From: an uncultured Gemmatimonadales bacterium
GTDB taxonomy: Bacteria; Gemmatimonadota; Gemmatimonadetes; Gemmatimonadales; Gemmatimonadaceae
NCBI GenBank assembly: GCA_963850905.1
Contig: CAWKMU010000003.1
Coordinates: forward strand, 2,720,001-2,784,000
Direction of reading: 5' to 3'
DNA: 64,000 bases
Part shown: positions 18,330 to 27,936 of the stretch, in pieces
Layout: each line of letters opens with the position of its first letter
Numbering within the stretch: the stretch's first letter is position 1
Made by a program: the position numbers and the translations under genes
The notes under the pieces: generated by a model
What the model was told of the DNA's origin: nothing
The model's input: the letters and a program-made list of their open reading frames with translations, nothing else
The model's database searches: none

Positions 18330-19108
18330 AAATTCAGGTCGGCCCTGTAGTGCCCCGAGCGATCGTAGTCGAGGTACCAGTATCGGAAGCCCACGACGCC
18401 CAACAGCCAGTGGGTGAAGCGCATGTTGACGGACAGTGTCGTCTGGCTCTCGAACTGCGAGCCGACATCGAACCCGCCGATATCGAAGCCGAGCACGGCG
18501 AGGAAAAAGCTCGAGATCCGATACTGCGCCACGGCCCCCAGGATGGGATCCACCCAGCCGTTCGTCGCCGACGCTTCTGTCGGTAGCGACGCGATCGCCG
18601 GGACATTGAGCTTGTTCGTGACGTCCCAGCCGCGCGCGCCAATGTAGGGCTCGAAATACCAGATATTGCTCTGGACCACGCTGTAGCCAATGGTGCCGGT
18701 GCCAATGAACGTCTGTTGCGTCAGGGACGCCGTCTGGCCGTTGAGCAACGTGATGGGTTCAGTCGATTTCGAAAGACCCAGGTACTCGAGGTCGACACGT
18801 CCATGCCAATTGCCAGCGTCGATCTGACCGCCCAACATCGCGGCGAGTTGCAACGAGTTCACGAGGTCGCCGAAACTCAGGCTGAAACTGGAAGCGACCG
18901 CCGGGAACCGATTCGAGTACAGACTTCCCGATACGCCGGCGAGCCAACCATACGGCGTGACCGCCCCGTGGATGCCTTCGGGATTGGAATCTCCGAGTAG
19001 CCGCGGAGCGGGCGTGTAGGTCTGGGCCGCGCCGCTACGGACGAACAACACGGCGGCGGCCGCCGCGACGCTGACGGCGAACGCGGCAGTGCGCATCGAT
19101 TTGCTCAT
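18293..19108 (-). CDS. Outer-membrane beta-barrel protein
   Basis: Signal peptide, TPYGWLAG, WVDPILG, DIGGFDVGS, amphipathic strands, terminal Phe (GLTFAF). Confidence 0.8.
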   Translation of the reverse strand: MSKSMRTAAFAVSVAAAAAVLFVRSGAAQTYTPAPRLLGDSNPEGIHGAVTPYGWLAGVSGSLYSNRFPAVASSFSLSFGDLVNSLQLAAMLGGQIDAGNWHGRVDLEYLGLSKSTEPITLLNGQTASLTQQTFIGTGTIGYSVVQSNIWYFEPYIGARGWDVTNKLNVPAIASLPTEASATNGWVDPILGAVAQYRISSFFLAVLGFDIGGFDVGSQFESQTTLSVNMRFTHWLLGVVGFRYWYLDYDRSGHYRADLNFYGPVLGLTFAF

Positions 19109-19339
19109 GGGAGTTCGCTCTCCTAGCATCTCTGGCGGGATGCTAGCGCGCGAACTGGCAACGCGAATGAGCCATCAGGTCCACTTGCATAGCATGAAGG
19201 CCCAGTCTGCGGCACGCCCTCGGGCGGATGAGCTGCCGCTGCCCCTCAACCGGGGCCCGGGTGGTTTGGTCATCCGGCCGGCAGGTTCCCGAGACCTTCC
19301 ATAGACAGTGGGCCTTCCGGCGGTTCGCGAGGGATGGCT

Positions 19340-19355
19340 TGTGATCTAAGACACT
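19340..19355. promoter_or_regulatory. CRP/FNR-like site
   Basis: TGTGATCTAAGACACT (12/16 to TGTGATCTAGATCACA) in a divergent intergenic region. TTGACA at 19379. Confidence 0.35.
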
Positions 19356-19477
19356 GCCTCCCTTGCTATTAGCGCCAATTGACACAGCGGCGGTCCGATC
19401 GCAAAAGCGGCCCCATTGCGCCTGTTCATGGACGGCCTGTGGACTAATGGCGAGTGACGCAGTACCATCAACACGCC

Positions 19478-20521
19478 ATGATTTCGCTGTCTGGTCGGTC
19501 GTCTGGCTCGCATCCCGACACGGGCTCGTACGCTGCCGGATCGATCGTCTCCGGTGAACGAGTCATTCGTGCGCTCTATGGGGTGGCGGACCTGCGACAG
19601 GCCCGAGCGCTCTCCGATGAAGATGTCAGGTGCGCGCTGGCGATTGCGGAGGCGCTCGGCGAGGTCGCGGCCGAGAAGGTGGGTGGCCCCTTCCGGAAAG
19701 GGGCGTATGCGTCGACCGATCTCCCCCTGGACCGCGCAACCGGCGTGGTACTCGCGGCCAAGAGTGGGGCGACCCCTCGGCAGGTGGATCGCGGTCTCGA
19801 GTTGCTGCTCGCCAGCCAGGTGCTCCTGCGAGTGCCCGGCCGCGCGGAGGTGCGACTGGCTCGCGAGTGTCTGGTCGACATTCGCACCTCGTTCCCCAGC
19901 GCTCCGCTCACGCAGATCCGTCAGTTGCTGCTCGCGCGTCACGCCGCGCTCATGCCCGCGCTTGGCGTCCTCCGGTATCTCCGAGAACTGGCACCCGATG
20001 CCGTTGGATGGGTGGTCTCCAGTCTCGAGCAGGCAGCTGAGCGCACCTTCTTCAGACGCAGCACGGTCGCCAGAGCACTTGTCGACCTCGAGTCGGTCGG
20101 TGCAATCGAGCGCGCGCATGGGCCTGGCCTCCGAGGACACTACCGCCTCGTCGCGGGCGATGCTGCGACGCCGACCGCCGGTCCGGAACCCGAGCCGGCG
20201 GCGTACGATGGATTGGGCGTGGTGCCCGGTGGACGGAACAGCCCGTCATCGCCCCCGGAGAACCTGGTGGGCATCCGCGCCCATGAAGAACTTCTCGCCC
20301 GTTCGAGCGTAGAGGGAGAGGGATGCAGCGACGGTCCCGCGCTCGACCCGCCAACGGTCGGACCGCTGGCCGATGCGGAGCACAGCCACGCCATCATCGA
20401 GATCTCTGGTGTCGAGTTCCCGATCCCACACGGCGCAACGCTCGCTCCTGAGATCGATCCCGACGGTCGGCTGTGGTACCGGCTAGGCTCAGCCCGCCTC
20501 GGCCCCATCATTCTTCAGTAA
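19478..20521 (+). CDS. Hypothetical protein with probable tandem winged-HTH domains
   Basis: LAAKSGATPRQVDRGLELLL and SLEQAAERTFFRRSTVARALVDLESVGAIER..G..YRL, then a Pro-rich linker and a small C-terminal beta domain. Confidence 0.65.
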   Translation: MISLSGRSSGSHPDTGSYAAGSIVSGERVIRALYGVADLRQARALSDEDVRCALAIAEALGEVAAEKVGGPFRKGAYASTDLPLDRATGVVLAAKSGATPRQVDRGLELLLASQVLLRVPGRAEVRLARECLVDIRTSFPSAPLTQIRQLLLARHAALMPALGVLRYLRELAPDAVGWVVSSLEQAAERTFFRRSTVARALVDLESVGAIERAHGPGLRGHYRLVAGDAATPTAGPEPEPAAYDGLGVVPGGRNSPSSPPENLVGIRAHEELLARSSVEGEGCSDGPALDPPTVGPLADAEHSHAIIEISGVEFPIPHGATLAPEIDPDGRLWYRLGSARLGPIILQ

Positions 20522-20582
20522 CTCGCGCACAACCTGAGCCCTGCAGCTGCGGGTTCGGGCCCCAAGCACCGACGCTGCCAGG

Positions 20583-22235
20583 CTAAGACGTAGGCTTCGT
20601 CGCGGGGTGGGAAAGGTTCGAGGCCCCGTTCGCCGCGAGCACCGCGCGGTCGAACGCCGCGACTGCCGCATCCACGTCGGGGTCTGCCGCCGTTGCGGCG
20701 CGATAGTAGCCGGGCGCTCCCCACTTGGCCTGCGCGACCGACAAAGTGAGGAGGCGCTGCAGGACATGGTCGACCGCCGCGCCGCTGGGAATCGAGTCGC
20801 CCCGCGCCGCGGCGAAGGCCCGGAACTCTGCGATGGCGGAGTCGGGGATCGCGGGTGCCGCAACGAGGCTCTCCAGCGACACGAGCTCCGCTCCGTGCGA
20901 GTCGAGATAACCATCCACCCATTGCAGCGGAACATTGTCGACCTGCATCCGGTCGATCCACACCGGTGTCGGCGGCTCTGGGCCGAGCGGAATGTCAGGG
21001 AAGATGCCGCCGCCGCCGTACACGGTCCGTCCGGCGTCCGTGCGACAGGAGGGGAGGCCAGTCGTGTCCCGAGCCGACATCGCCCGAGTGTAGTAGTCTC
21101 GAAGATCGAGCCCACGGTAGCTGCGCTGGATCACGCGGCCGCACGGTGTGCGAACGTGGCCGACTACCAGCATGAGCACGGAACCGTCAGTCAGTCGGAT
21201 CGGCTTCATCAGCAGCGCCTTTCCGAAGCTCGGTCGCCCCACGATGATGGCGCGATCGTGATCCTGCAGCGCGCCCGCGACGAGCTCCGCAGCGCTCGCC
21301 GTGCCGCCATTGATCAGCACCACGAGCGGATACCGTTCCTCGTGGCGAAAGAAGGAGCGTTTTACACGGACCGTGTCGGTTGCGTCTTTCTTGCGACCCT
21401 CGGATGTGTAGATCAACGTCCCGGCGGGGAGGAATTCTCCGGCGACCTGTGCCGCCTGCTCGATGATCCCGCCGCTGTTGTCGCGGAGATCGAGCACCAG
21501 ACGGTGCATGCCCCGATCGTGCAGGCGACCCAGCGCGGCGTGGACATCGTCGCCAGCCTTGGGGCTGAGAAACGACTCGATGCGGAGGTAGCCCGTGCGC
21601 CGATCAAGCATTACCGCCACCGGGACCGCCGATTCGGCCCCCGGGACGGCGCGCGCCAGCCGGCGGGTTAGCGTCACGGTCGTGCCGTCCAGCCGATGGC
21701 GTTCGAACGTCAGCGCCGCTTCGGAGTGCGGCGCGCCCGCGAGCGCGATCTCGAGTTCCTCGACGCTGGTCGCCGTAATTGGCGCGCTATCGGCGGCGAT
21801 CAGGCGGTCGCCTGACAGGATGCCGGCGCGCGCCGCCGCGGATCCATCGGCTGCGCCGGTGACGACGAACACATCTCCCAATTGCGCGAACGACAAGGGC
21901 ACTGGGACGAGTTGGCCCATCCGATAGGCTTCGGCCTTCGAGGCGGAGAGCTTGACCACCGGGATCATGAAGGAATGCGGGTCCGCGGCGTGGAGCATTC
22001 CCTCGATCGCGGCCATGACGAGCACATGACTGTCGAGTGAGTCCGCGTGATTGTTGTGCAGCTCGTTCAGGACCTGGCTGAAGAGCTGCAAATCCTCGTA
22101 GGTCGTCCAGTAGTGGATTGGGTGGCGCGTGGTGTCCTGCGCAACGACCGGCGCGGCAGCGAGCGAGAAGAGACACGCGCACCAAACGGCGCGGCCGCGG
22201 TGGCGAGGCGAACCGTGCGCGTTCCGACCCGACAT
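20583..22235 (-). CDS. S41A C-terminal processing peptidase (CtpA/Prc-like) with PDZ domain
   Basis: LVLDLRDNSGG, TASAAELVAGALQDHDRA, SFGKA, signal peptide. Confidence 0.92.
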   Translation of the reverse strand: MSGRNAHGSPRHRGRAVWCACLFSLAAAPVVAQDTTRHPIHYWTTYEDLQLFSQVLNELHNNHADSLDSHVLVMAAIEGMLHAADPHSFMIPVVKLSASKAEAYRMGQLVPVPLSFAQLGDVFVVTGAADGSAAARAGILSGDRLIAADSAPITATSVEELEIALAGAPHSEAALTFERHRLDGTTVTLTRRLARAVPGAESAVPVAVMLDRRTGYLRIESFLSPKAGDDVHAALGRLHDRGMHRLVLDLRDNSGGIIEQAAQVAGEFLPAGTLIYTSEGRKKDATDTVRVKRSFFRHEERYPLVVLINGGTASAAELVAGALQDHDRAIIVGRPSFGKALLMKPIRLTDGSVLMLVVGHVRTPCGRVIQRSYRGLDLRDYYTRAMSARDTTGLPSCRTDAGRTVYGGGGIFPDIPLGPEPPTPVWIDRMQVDNVPLQWVDGYLDSHGAELVSLESLVAAPAIPDSAIAEFRAFAAARGDSIPSGAAVDHVLQRLLTLSVAQAKWGAPGYYRAATAADPDVDAAVAAFDRAVLAANGASNLSHPATKPTS

Positions 22236-22439
22236 GATGCCCCCAATCTGCCGCCGAGCGGGGCCGCGTCCGCGTCCCGCGTGCGGGCTTGCCTCAGTAA
22301 CGATCACGCCCACCGCCCCACAAACGACCGGGGCACCTGGTAGGCGGGCCCAACGGTAATATCGTCGACGGAGCGAAGCTAGGTGTGACGCCGACGACCG
22401 TCGACCGTCGGTCCTGACACGTCGACAGCGAGACATGCA

Positions 22440-22898
22440 ATGATCGAAACCTTTCCCATCGTCCCCGGATCGGTACGGATGCTTTGGCTGATCGTGCCGG
22501 TCTGCCTCCTCGTGGCGGCCTCCGTCGCGGGTCTCATCTACTCTCTCTCGGGCGCCCGGAACGCACGCTTCGAAGTGTCGCCAGCCGGCCTCCGGCTCCG
22601 GGGCGATTTCTACGGGCGTCTCATACCGCCCAGTGACCTCCGCGTCGACGACGCGCGCGCGGTCGATCTCGACAGCGAGCCTTCGCTCGCCCCGAGGACG
22701 CGACTCGTCGGGACAGCGATCACCGGGTATCGAGCGGGGTGGTTTCGACTTCGCAATGGCGAGCGCGCCTTGCTCTACGTGACCGATACGAGGCGGGTCG
22801 CGTACCTCCCAACCGTCAATGGCTACGCCGTCCTGTTGAGCGTCCCCGATCCGAACGCGCTGCTCGCGAGTCTCAAGCGACTCAAGCCGGCGGCGTAG
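22440..22898 (+). CDS. Membrane-anchored bacterial PH-domain protein
   Basis: One TM helix, then RLVGTAITGYRAGWFRLRNGE..LYVTD. Confidence 0.8.
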   Translation: MIETFPIVPGSVRMLWLIVPVCLLVAASVAGLIYSLSGARNARFEVSPAGLRLRGDFYGRLIPPSDLRVDDARAVDLDSEPSLAPRTRLVGTAITGYRAGWFRLRNGERALLYVTDTRRVAYLPTVNGYAVLLSVPDPNALLASLKRLKPAA

Positions 22899-22910
22899 CT
22901 GGCTCGACCC

Positions 22911-23927
22911 TCACGGATACAGCCGATCTGTGCATGCGTGTACCCGGTTCGAATACATCTCTTGCACGACGAACTGGTCGGGCCCCATGCGCTCGTTGTG
23001 CCGAAGCCCAATGCAGAGATCCGCAACCTCATCGCCAGTCAGCCAGTTGTACCAGGTGCTGAGATCCGGGTCCGTGATGGTCTCGAAGAACTCGTGCGTG
23101 AGCGTCGAAGCCGTGGCGTCGATCACGCGCGTTTGACTGGGCGTGACACAGCCGGGAACGGCTTGGTAGGGTTGCACGGTGTACAGGACGTGTTGGCTCG
23201 CGCTGAAATCCACGCTGCCGTGGAACGCACAGAAGGTCCACGTCGACGCGTTGTCGGGCGAGTAGCAGTCGGATGCCGTGATGCACATGTCGGTGCCGCG
23301 CGGCAGGAAGACATGGAAGATGTTGGTATAGCCACTCGCGCCGGCGAAGTTCGACGCCGAGTAGACAATGCTGAAGATGTCGTTGAGCGTCGCCGTGCTC
23401 GAGGCAAGGGCCACGGTCCCTTGTAGCTCCGTCACGGCGAACTTTCCCGGCACATCTTCGTTGAGGTACTGGTTGGCGACTTCGAGCAGGGGACTCACGT
23501 TGAGATCGCGCAGGTACGTGGCCGGGGATATTGAGCCAGTCCCCCAGCAATCGGTCGGCGCGCCGGAGCAGTTGACGTAGAGGTTGTACGACATCGCCTC
23601 GGTCACCACGGGGCCGCCATTGAACGTGAGGTCGAACGGCGAGTCGGTTTGCGACCCGGACGCCGTTTCCGGGGTGCGCGCAGCAGTCGCGGCTTGGAGC
23701 GTCGGGAGCCTGCGAACCACCTGGTTGGTCGCCATCGCCGCGGCTTGTGCCGCCCCCGGCGCAACCGGAAATCGTACCACGAGCGGGCTGCCACCGCGAT
23801 CGCCCGCGACCATGGGCGTGTCGGCCTCGCAGGCGCCGAGAAAAAGCAGGAGCACGGCGCTGGTGGCGGGAGCCAGTAAGTGGAGGCGCCGAATGACCAG
23901 AGAGGCCGTTCGCGTGGCGACGCGCAT
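22911..23927 (-). CDS. Phi-1/EXORDIUM-like lipoprotein, paralogue 1
   Basis: Lipobox LGAC, LTFNGGPVV, FCAFH, THEFFETITDP, EVADLC. Confidence 0.75.
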   Translation of the reverse strand: MRVATRTASLVIRRLHLLAPATSAVLLLFLGACEADTPMVAGDRGGSPLVVRFPVAPGAAQAAAMATNQVVRRLPTLQAATAARTPETASGSQTDSPFDLTFNGGPVVTEAMSYNLYVNCSGAPTDCWGTGSISPATYLRDLNVSPLLEVANQYLNEDVPGKFAVTELQGTVALASSTATLNDIFSIVYSASNFAGASGYTNIFHVFLPRGTDMCITASDCYSPDNASTWTFCAFHGSVDFSASQHVLYTVQPYQAVPGCVTPSQTRVIDATASTLTHEFFETITDPDLSTWYNWLTGDEVADLCIGLRHNERMGPDQFVVQEMYSNRVHACTDRLYP

Positions 23928-24137
23928 GGATATCTTCCCTGCCGGACGAGGCCGGCGGTGAACTGCCCAGGGGAGGGCGCGGGAACAGATGACTCGACTG
24001 CCGACAGACGTTCAAGCGATCGAACGGCAACCGCTCTGCGCTCTGGACAACCACCGGGACGCGCCGTCTGGTGCCGGGATGTCCAGCCGTGCCAGCATGC
24101 GCGGGGACACGGCGCGCACGCTCACAACGAGTCAGTC

Positions 24138-25577
24138 GTGATCGCGACGCTCTTCACCGTCGCGCACATCTTGCTCGCGATCGGCGTCTCGGCGCACATC
24201 ATCCTGACCAAGGACGACGTCCGGTCGGCGATCGGGTGGGTGGGGCTGGTGTGGCTGGCTCCGGTGCTCGGCTCGCTGCTGTACATGCTGCTCGGCGTGA
24301 ATCGTATCTCCCGTCAGGTCGGCGCGATGCGCCGGCATGCGCCGCTCGACAACGAAGACCGGGCCCAGACTGTTCGTGCACGGACGGCGCAAGTCCCCGC
24401 AGACGTCCTCCCGGGCGACGCGCCGTGGACGCTCCAGGCAATCGCACGTCTCGTCGGCACGGTGACCCGGGAGCCACTCGTGGGTGGGTGTAGCGTCGAA
24501 CCCCTGCTCAACGGCGACGAGGCCTACCCGGCCATGATCGCAGGAATTGATGCTGCCACACAGAGCGTCGCGCTCGCGACCTACATTTTCGATCGGGGAG
24601 AGGTCGGCGCGGCATTCGTGGATGCGCTGGGCCGGGCCGTGCGACGCGGAGTCGAAGTGCGGGTGTTGATTGACGGCGTCGGCGCGTTGTACAGTCGGCC
24701 ACCGATCGTTCATGAGCTCAAGCACCACCATGTGCCGGTCGCGCGTTTCCTCCCGCCGACCTTACCGGTTCGGCACGCGTACTTCAATCTGCGCAATCAT
24801 CGGAAGCTGCTTGTGGTCGATGGGCGCCTGGGGTTCTGCGGAGGGATGAACATCCGCGACGCATGCGTGCTCGCGCGCATGCCACGTGGGGCGACACAGG
24901 ACATCCACTTCCGCGTACGCGGTCCGATCGTCGCTCAGCTGCTGGACGCCTTTCGGTTCGACTGGCAGTTCACCACGCGCGAGCGGCTGGACGGGGCGGC
25001 CTGGACTGCGGCGTCCGACCGAGTCGGGTCGGTCGCGGCTCGCGGCATACCCGACGGCCCCGATGAGGACTTCGAGACGCTGGTCATGGCCATTCTTGGT
25101 GCGCTCGCGTCCGCGCGCGAATCGGTGCGTATCGTGACGCCCTACTTCCTGCCGGACCCGCCCGTCATTGCAGCGCTCCGGGTCGCCGCGTTGCGCGGTG
25201 TAGACGTCACGATTCTCATTCCCGAGAAGGGCAATCTCAGACTCGTCGAGTGGGCGGCGAACGCGCAGCTCGCGCAGGTCCTCTCGTGGGGCTGCCGCGT
25301 CCACCTGTCGCAGCCTCCGTTCGACCACTCGAAGATGCTCGTGATGGACGGCACCTGGTGCTTGATCGGGTCGGCGAACTGGGATCCGCGCAGCCTGCGC
25401 TTGAACTTCGAATACGATGTCGAGTGCTACTCAGCGGACCTCGGCGCGCGGCTGAACGCGATCATCGACGACAAGCTGGCGCGGAGCCGGCCGCTGACGC
25501 TGGGAGAGCTCGAGTGCCGTCCCCTGTTCCGTCGCCTGCGGGACGGCGTCGCCTGGCTGGCCCAGCCCTACCTCTAA
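24138..25577 (+). CDS. cls: Cardiolipin synthase (phospholipase D family)
   Basis: Two HKD motifs (NHRKLLVVDG, DHSKMLVMDG), N-terminal TM hairpin, GSANWDPRSLRLNFE. Confidence 0.92.
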   Translation: MIATLFTVAHILLAIGVSAHIILTKDDVRSAIGWVGLVWLAPVLGSLLYMLLGVNRISRQVGAMRRHAPLDNEDRAQTVRARTAQVPADVLPGDAPWTLQAIARLVGTVTREPLVGGCSVEPLLNGDEAYPAMIAGIDAATQSVALATYIFDRGEVGAAFVDALGRAVRRGVEVRVLIDGVGALYSRPPIVHELKHHHVPVARFLPPTLPVRHAYFNLRNHRKLLVVDGRLGFCGGMNIRDACVLARMPRGATQDIHFRVRGPIVAQLLDAFRFDWQFTTRERLDGAAWTAASDRVGSVAARGIPDGPDEDFETLVMAILGALASARESVRIVTPYFLPDPPVIAALRVAALRGVDVTILIPEKGNLRLVEWAANAQLAQVLSWGCRVHLSQPPFDHSKMLVMDGTWCLIGSANWDPRSLRLNFEYDVECYSADLGARLNAIIDDKLARSRPLTLGELECRPLFRRLRDGVAWLAQPYL

Positions 25578-25612
25578 CATCCAGCGTCTGGCGTCCAGCG
25601 TCTAGCGTCTAG
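25571..25612 (+). repeat. Heptamer array (CGTCYRG-type)x6
   Basis: cctctaa catccag cgtctgg cgtccag cgtctag cgtctag. Begins at the cls stop. Confidence 0.8.
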
Positions 25613-25654
25613 CCTTACCTGTGGCTTGCCTCTGCACAGCGTCGTCCAGTCGAT

Positions 25655-26806
25655 GTGGACCAGTCTCCCGAAGCCGTATCGCCTCGGCCTGACCGGGGAG
25701 TGTCGGATGGCTACCTGCCGACGCTCGACGGGTGGCGCGCGATTGCGATCGGCCTCGTGCTCTTCGACCACACGGTCAACTCGACGGCGTGCGCCGAAGG
25801 AAGTGTCCAGTGGTGCGGCCGGATCATGGTTGGGCAGACCGGCGTCAATCTGTTTTTCGGGATCAGCGGCTTCCTGATCTGTTCGCGGCTGCTGCAAGAG
25901 TTTCAACGAACCCAGCGCATCTCGCTCGCCAAATTCTATATTCGGCGCGCCTTCCGGATCTTGCCCGCGGCGCTCTTGTACCTCGCGGTCATGACGACGC
26001 TGGCGCTCGCGCGACAGATCCTTGTCTCGAAGGCTGAGCTCGCGGGAAGCCTCTTCTTCTTTCGCAACTACCTGGGTCAGGAGTCCGGCTTCTACACGGC
26101 GCATTTCTGGTCGCTGTCGCTCGAGGAGCAATTTTACATCTTCTGGCCGACGCTCCTCATTGGTTTGCTGGCCCTGCCGCGGCGGTGGGGTGCGCCATGC
26201 GCAGTGGGCCTCGCGCTGGCCGTCGCAGGATGGCGTCACGCGTCGGTTGGCGTCGCGCTCGCGACCTACGGGCATCTCCCGCCGGGCTTTGTCTTTCGCA
26301 CGGGCGTACGAGCCGATGGATTGTTGCTGGGAGCTGCCCTCGCGCTCGCGCTGCGAAGTCGGGCCGTGCCCATCGAGCGGATCCGAGGATGGATGTGGGC
26401 GGCCCTGGTTGCCCTTTACATCGCTGTCGTCACCCACTTCGGTATGCGGCCCACGATCTGGGAATCGGCCCTCGTGCCCGTTCTCATCGCATGGACGGCG
26501 TACCATCCAGCTGCCGTTCCCAGTCGCATCCTCGAGTGGCCCGTGCTGTCCTGGATCGGTCGCATCTCGTATGGTCTCTATATCTGGCAACAATTCTTCT
26601 TTCCGTGGGCCCACATAGCGGCGCCCCTGCCAGCGGTGCAGCGATCGCCACTCGGAATCCCCGCGGCATTGGCGTGCGCCGCAGCGAGCTACTATCTGCT
26701 CGAGCGTCCGGCCCTTCGCCTGGGCCATCGATTGGCCCGACCGGTCGTCGAGGGGCGGCCCGATCTCGCGAGTCGCCAGGAGACTGCGATCGTCGCTGCC
26801 GCCTAA
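25655..26806 (+). CDS. Acyltransferase family 3 (OafA/YrhL-like O-acetyltransferase)
   Basis: LDGWRAIAI..V..H, GVNLFFGISGFLI, FYIRRAFRILP, HFWSLSLEEQFY, GRISYGLYIWQ. Confidence 0.95.
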   Translation: MDQSPEAVSPRPDRGVSDGYLPTLDGWRAIAIGLVLFDHTVNSTACAEGSVQWCGRIMVGQTGVNLFFGISGFLICSRLLQEFQRTQRISLAKFYIRRAFRILPAALLYLAVMTTLALARQILVSKAELAGSLFFFRNYLGQESGFYTAHFWSLSLEEQFYIFWPTLLIGLLALPRRWGAPCAVGLALAVAGWRHASVGVALATYGHLPPGFVFRTGVRADGLLLGAALALALRSRAVPIERIRGWMWAALVALYIAVVTHFGMRPTIWESALVPVLIAWTAYHPAAVPSRILEWPVLSWIGRISYGLYIWQQFFFPWAHIAAPLPAVQRSPLGIPAALACAAASYYLLERPALRLGHRLARPVVEGRPDLASRQETAIVAAA

Positions 26807-26848
26807 CCGGGGGCCGGCACCAGACGAATGGCCGGATCCCTCGCGCCG

Positions 26849-27424
26849 CTAGCCGTTGCCGAGATACACCACGTGTACGTAGGTCCCGAGCCGCGGATTG
26901 TACGCCAGGTAGTACCCGGGATGATCCGGGTCTTCGTAGATCACGACGGAGTCGGCGTCCCATAACCAGTCGTTGCAGTAGACCACGTCGGCTGCCGCAA
27001 CGCTGAAATAGAACCCTCCGAACCAGAACCGATCCGGGCCACCACCGGCCAACCGGTACACGTGGCCTCGACCGAACCCGCCGGGGAAGTGCCCATGTTC
27101 CCACGGGTGGTCGAGATGAAACCGTACGTCGTGCGGCCCCGTGTCGTGACCGACCCACTCGCCCGTGCGGGCGTCGACATGCGGGGCGTTGGGATGCCCC
27201 GGGTGATCGGCGAAGTTCTCGGGCTGGCTGGCGGCGTGTGCATACGCGTCGCCCTTCGCCGTCGGGCCGTGTCGCGGGACGTACCCGCCGCCAACCTCGT
27301 GGCCGCCCTTCTCATGCCCGCCGGCTCCGTGGTCCTGCGCAGCAGCCGGGACTGACAGCAGCACGCAGGCCGCAAGTCCCCCAATCGTCAGTGTGATCGC
27401 TCGGTGTAACGAATTGGTTACCAT
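26849..27424 (-). CDS. Exported His/Gly-rich hypothetical protein
   Basis: Signal peptide ending AAA-Q, many His residues, aromatic C-terminal domain [14 protein letters not shown]. Confidence 0.8.
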   Translation of the reverse strand: MVTNSLHRAITLTIGGLAACVLLSVPAAAQDHGAGGHEKGGHEVGGGYVPRHGPTAKGDAYAHAASQPENFADHPGHPNAPHVDARTGEWVGHDTGPHDVRFHLDHPWEHGHFPGGFGRGHVYRLAGGGPDRFWFGGFYFSVAAADVVYCNDWLWDADSVVIYEDPDHPGYYLAYNPRLGTYVHVVYLGNG

Positions 27425-27549
27425 AAATGAGACCTCAAGTGCGCTGGGATCTTGTCTCCGCATCGCGCGTTGGTGTGTATGCGTGATGACACCTAATGCA
27501 CCCGCCGTGCCAGTAAGGCAAGCGGGAGGGGATCACCTGGCATCCCCCA

Positions 27550-27565
27550 AGTGATCTACGTCACA
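27550..27565. promoter_or_regulatory. CRP/FNR-like site
   Basis: AGTGATCTACGTCACA (13/16 to consensus) in the divergent region upstream of the MFS / ATP-grasp / amidinotransferase operon. Confidence 0.45.
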
Positions 27566-27936
27566 CGTGACATGATCCGTTGGGTTGCGTATCACCAGCG
27601 TGCAACGGCCAATCGTCACCCGCTTGGTCCTCCATAGTCGCCACCTATCGTAGCAATCGAAACAAAATACTGGAGCCATCGGTGGCGTCGCGGCATCCTG
27701 CTCTCGGGCGACGTGTGGTAACCCTGTCCAGCGCCGCGCGTTCGGTGCGCCACACGAAACCCTGAGCCTTGTGCGGAGGATCGTGGATGTCAGTGTCCGT
27801 GCGCCGCGATGACTGTGGGTCCTGGCAGCCTCCGGCGCGTTGGCCCAGAGACGGACTCGCTCCCGTGCTTCACCGCACCAAAGCGTCCGCTGTCACCACG
27901 ATCGGGGGCCGGGTCCCTGCGGCACGGTACGTGTCA

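Noticed and set aside
27580..27765. 61-aa ORF as a precursor peptide for the ligase
   Set aside because: TTG start, no clear RBS and no repeated core motif. Not supportable from the sequence.
27770..27936. Guanidine riboswitch upstream of the amidinotransferase operon
   Set aside because: I could not find tandem ACGR-loop hairpins or ykkC consensus elements by eye.
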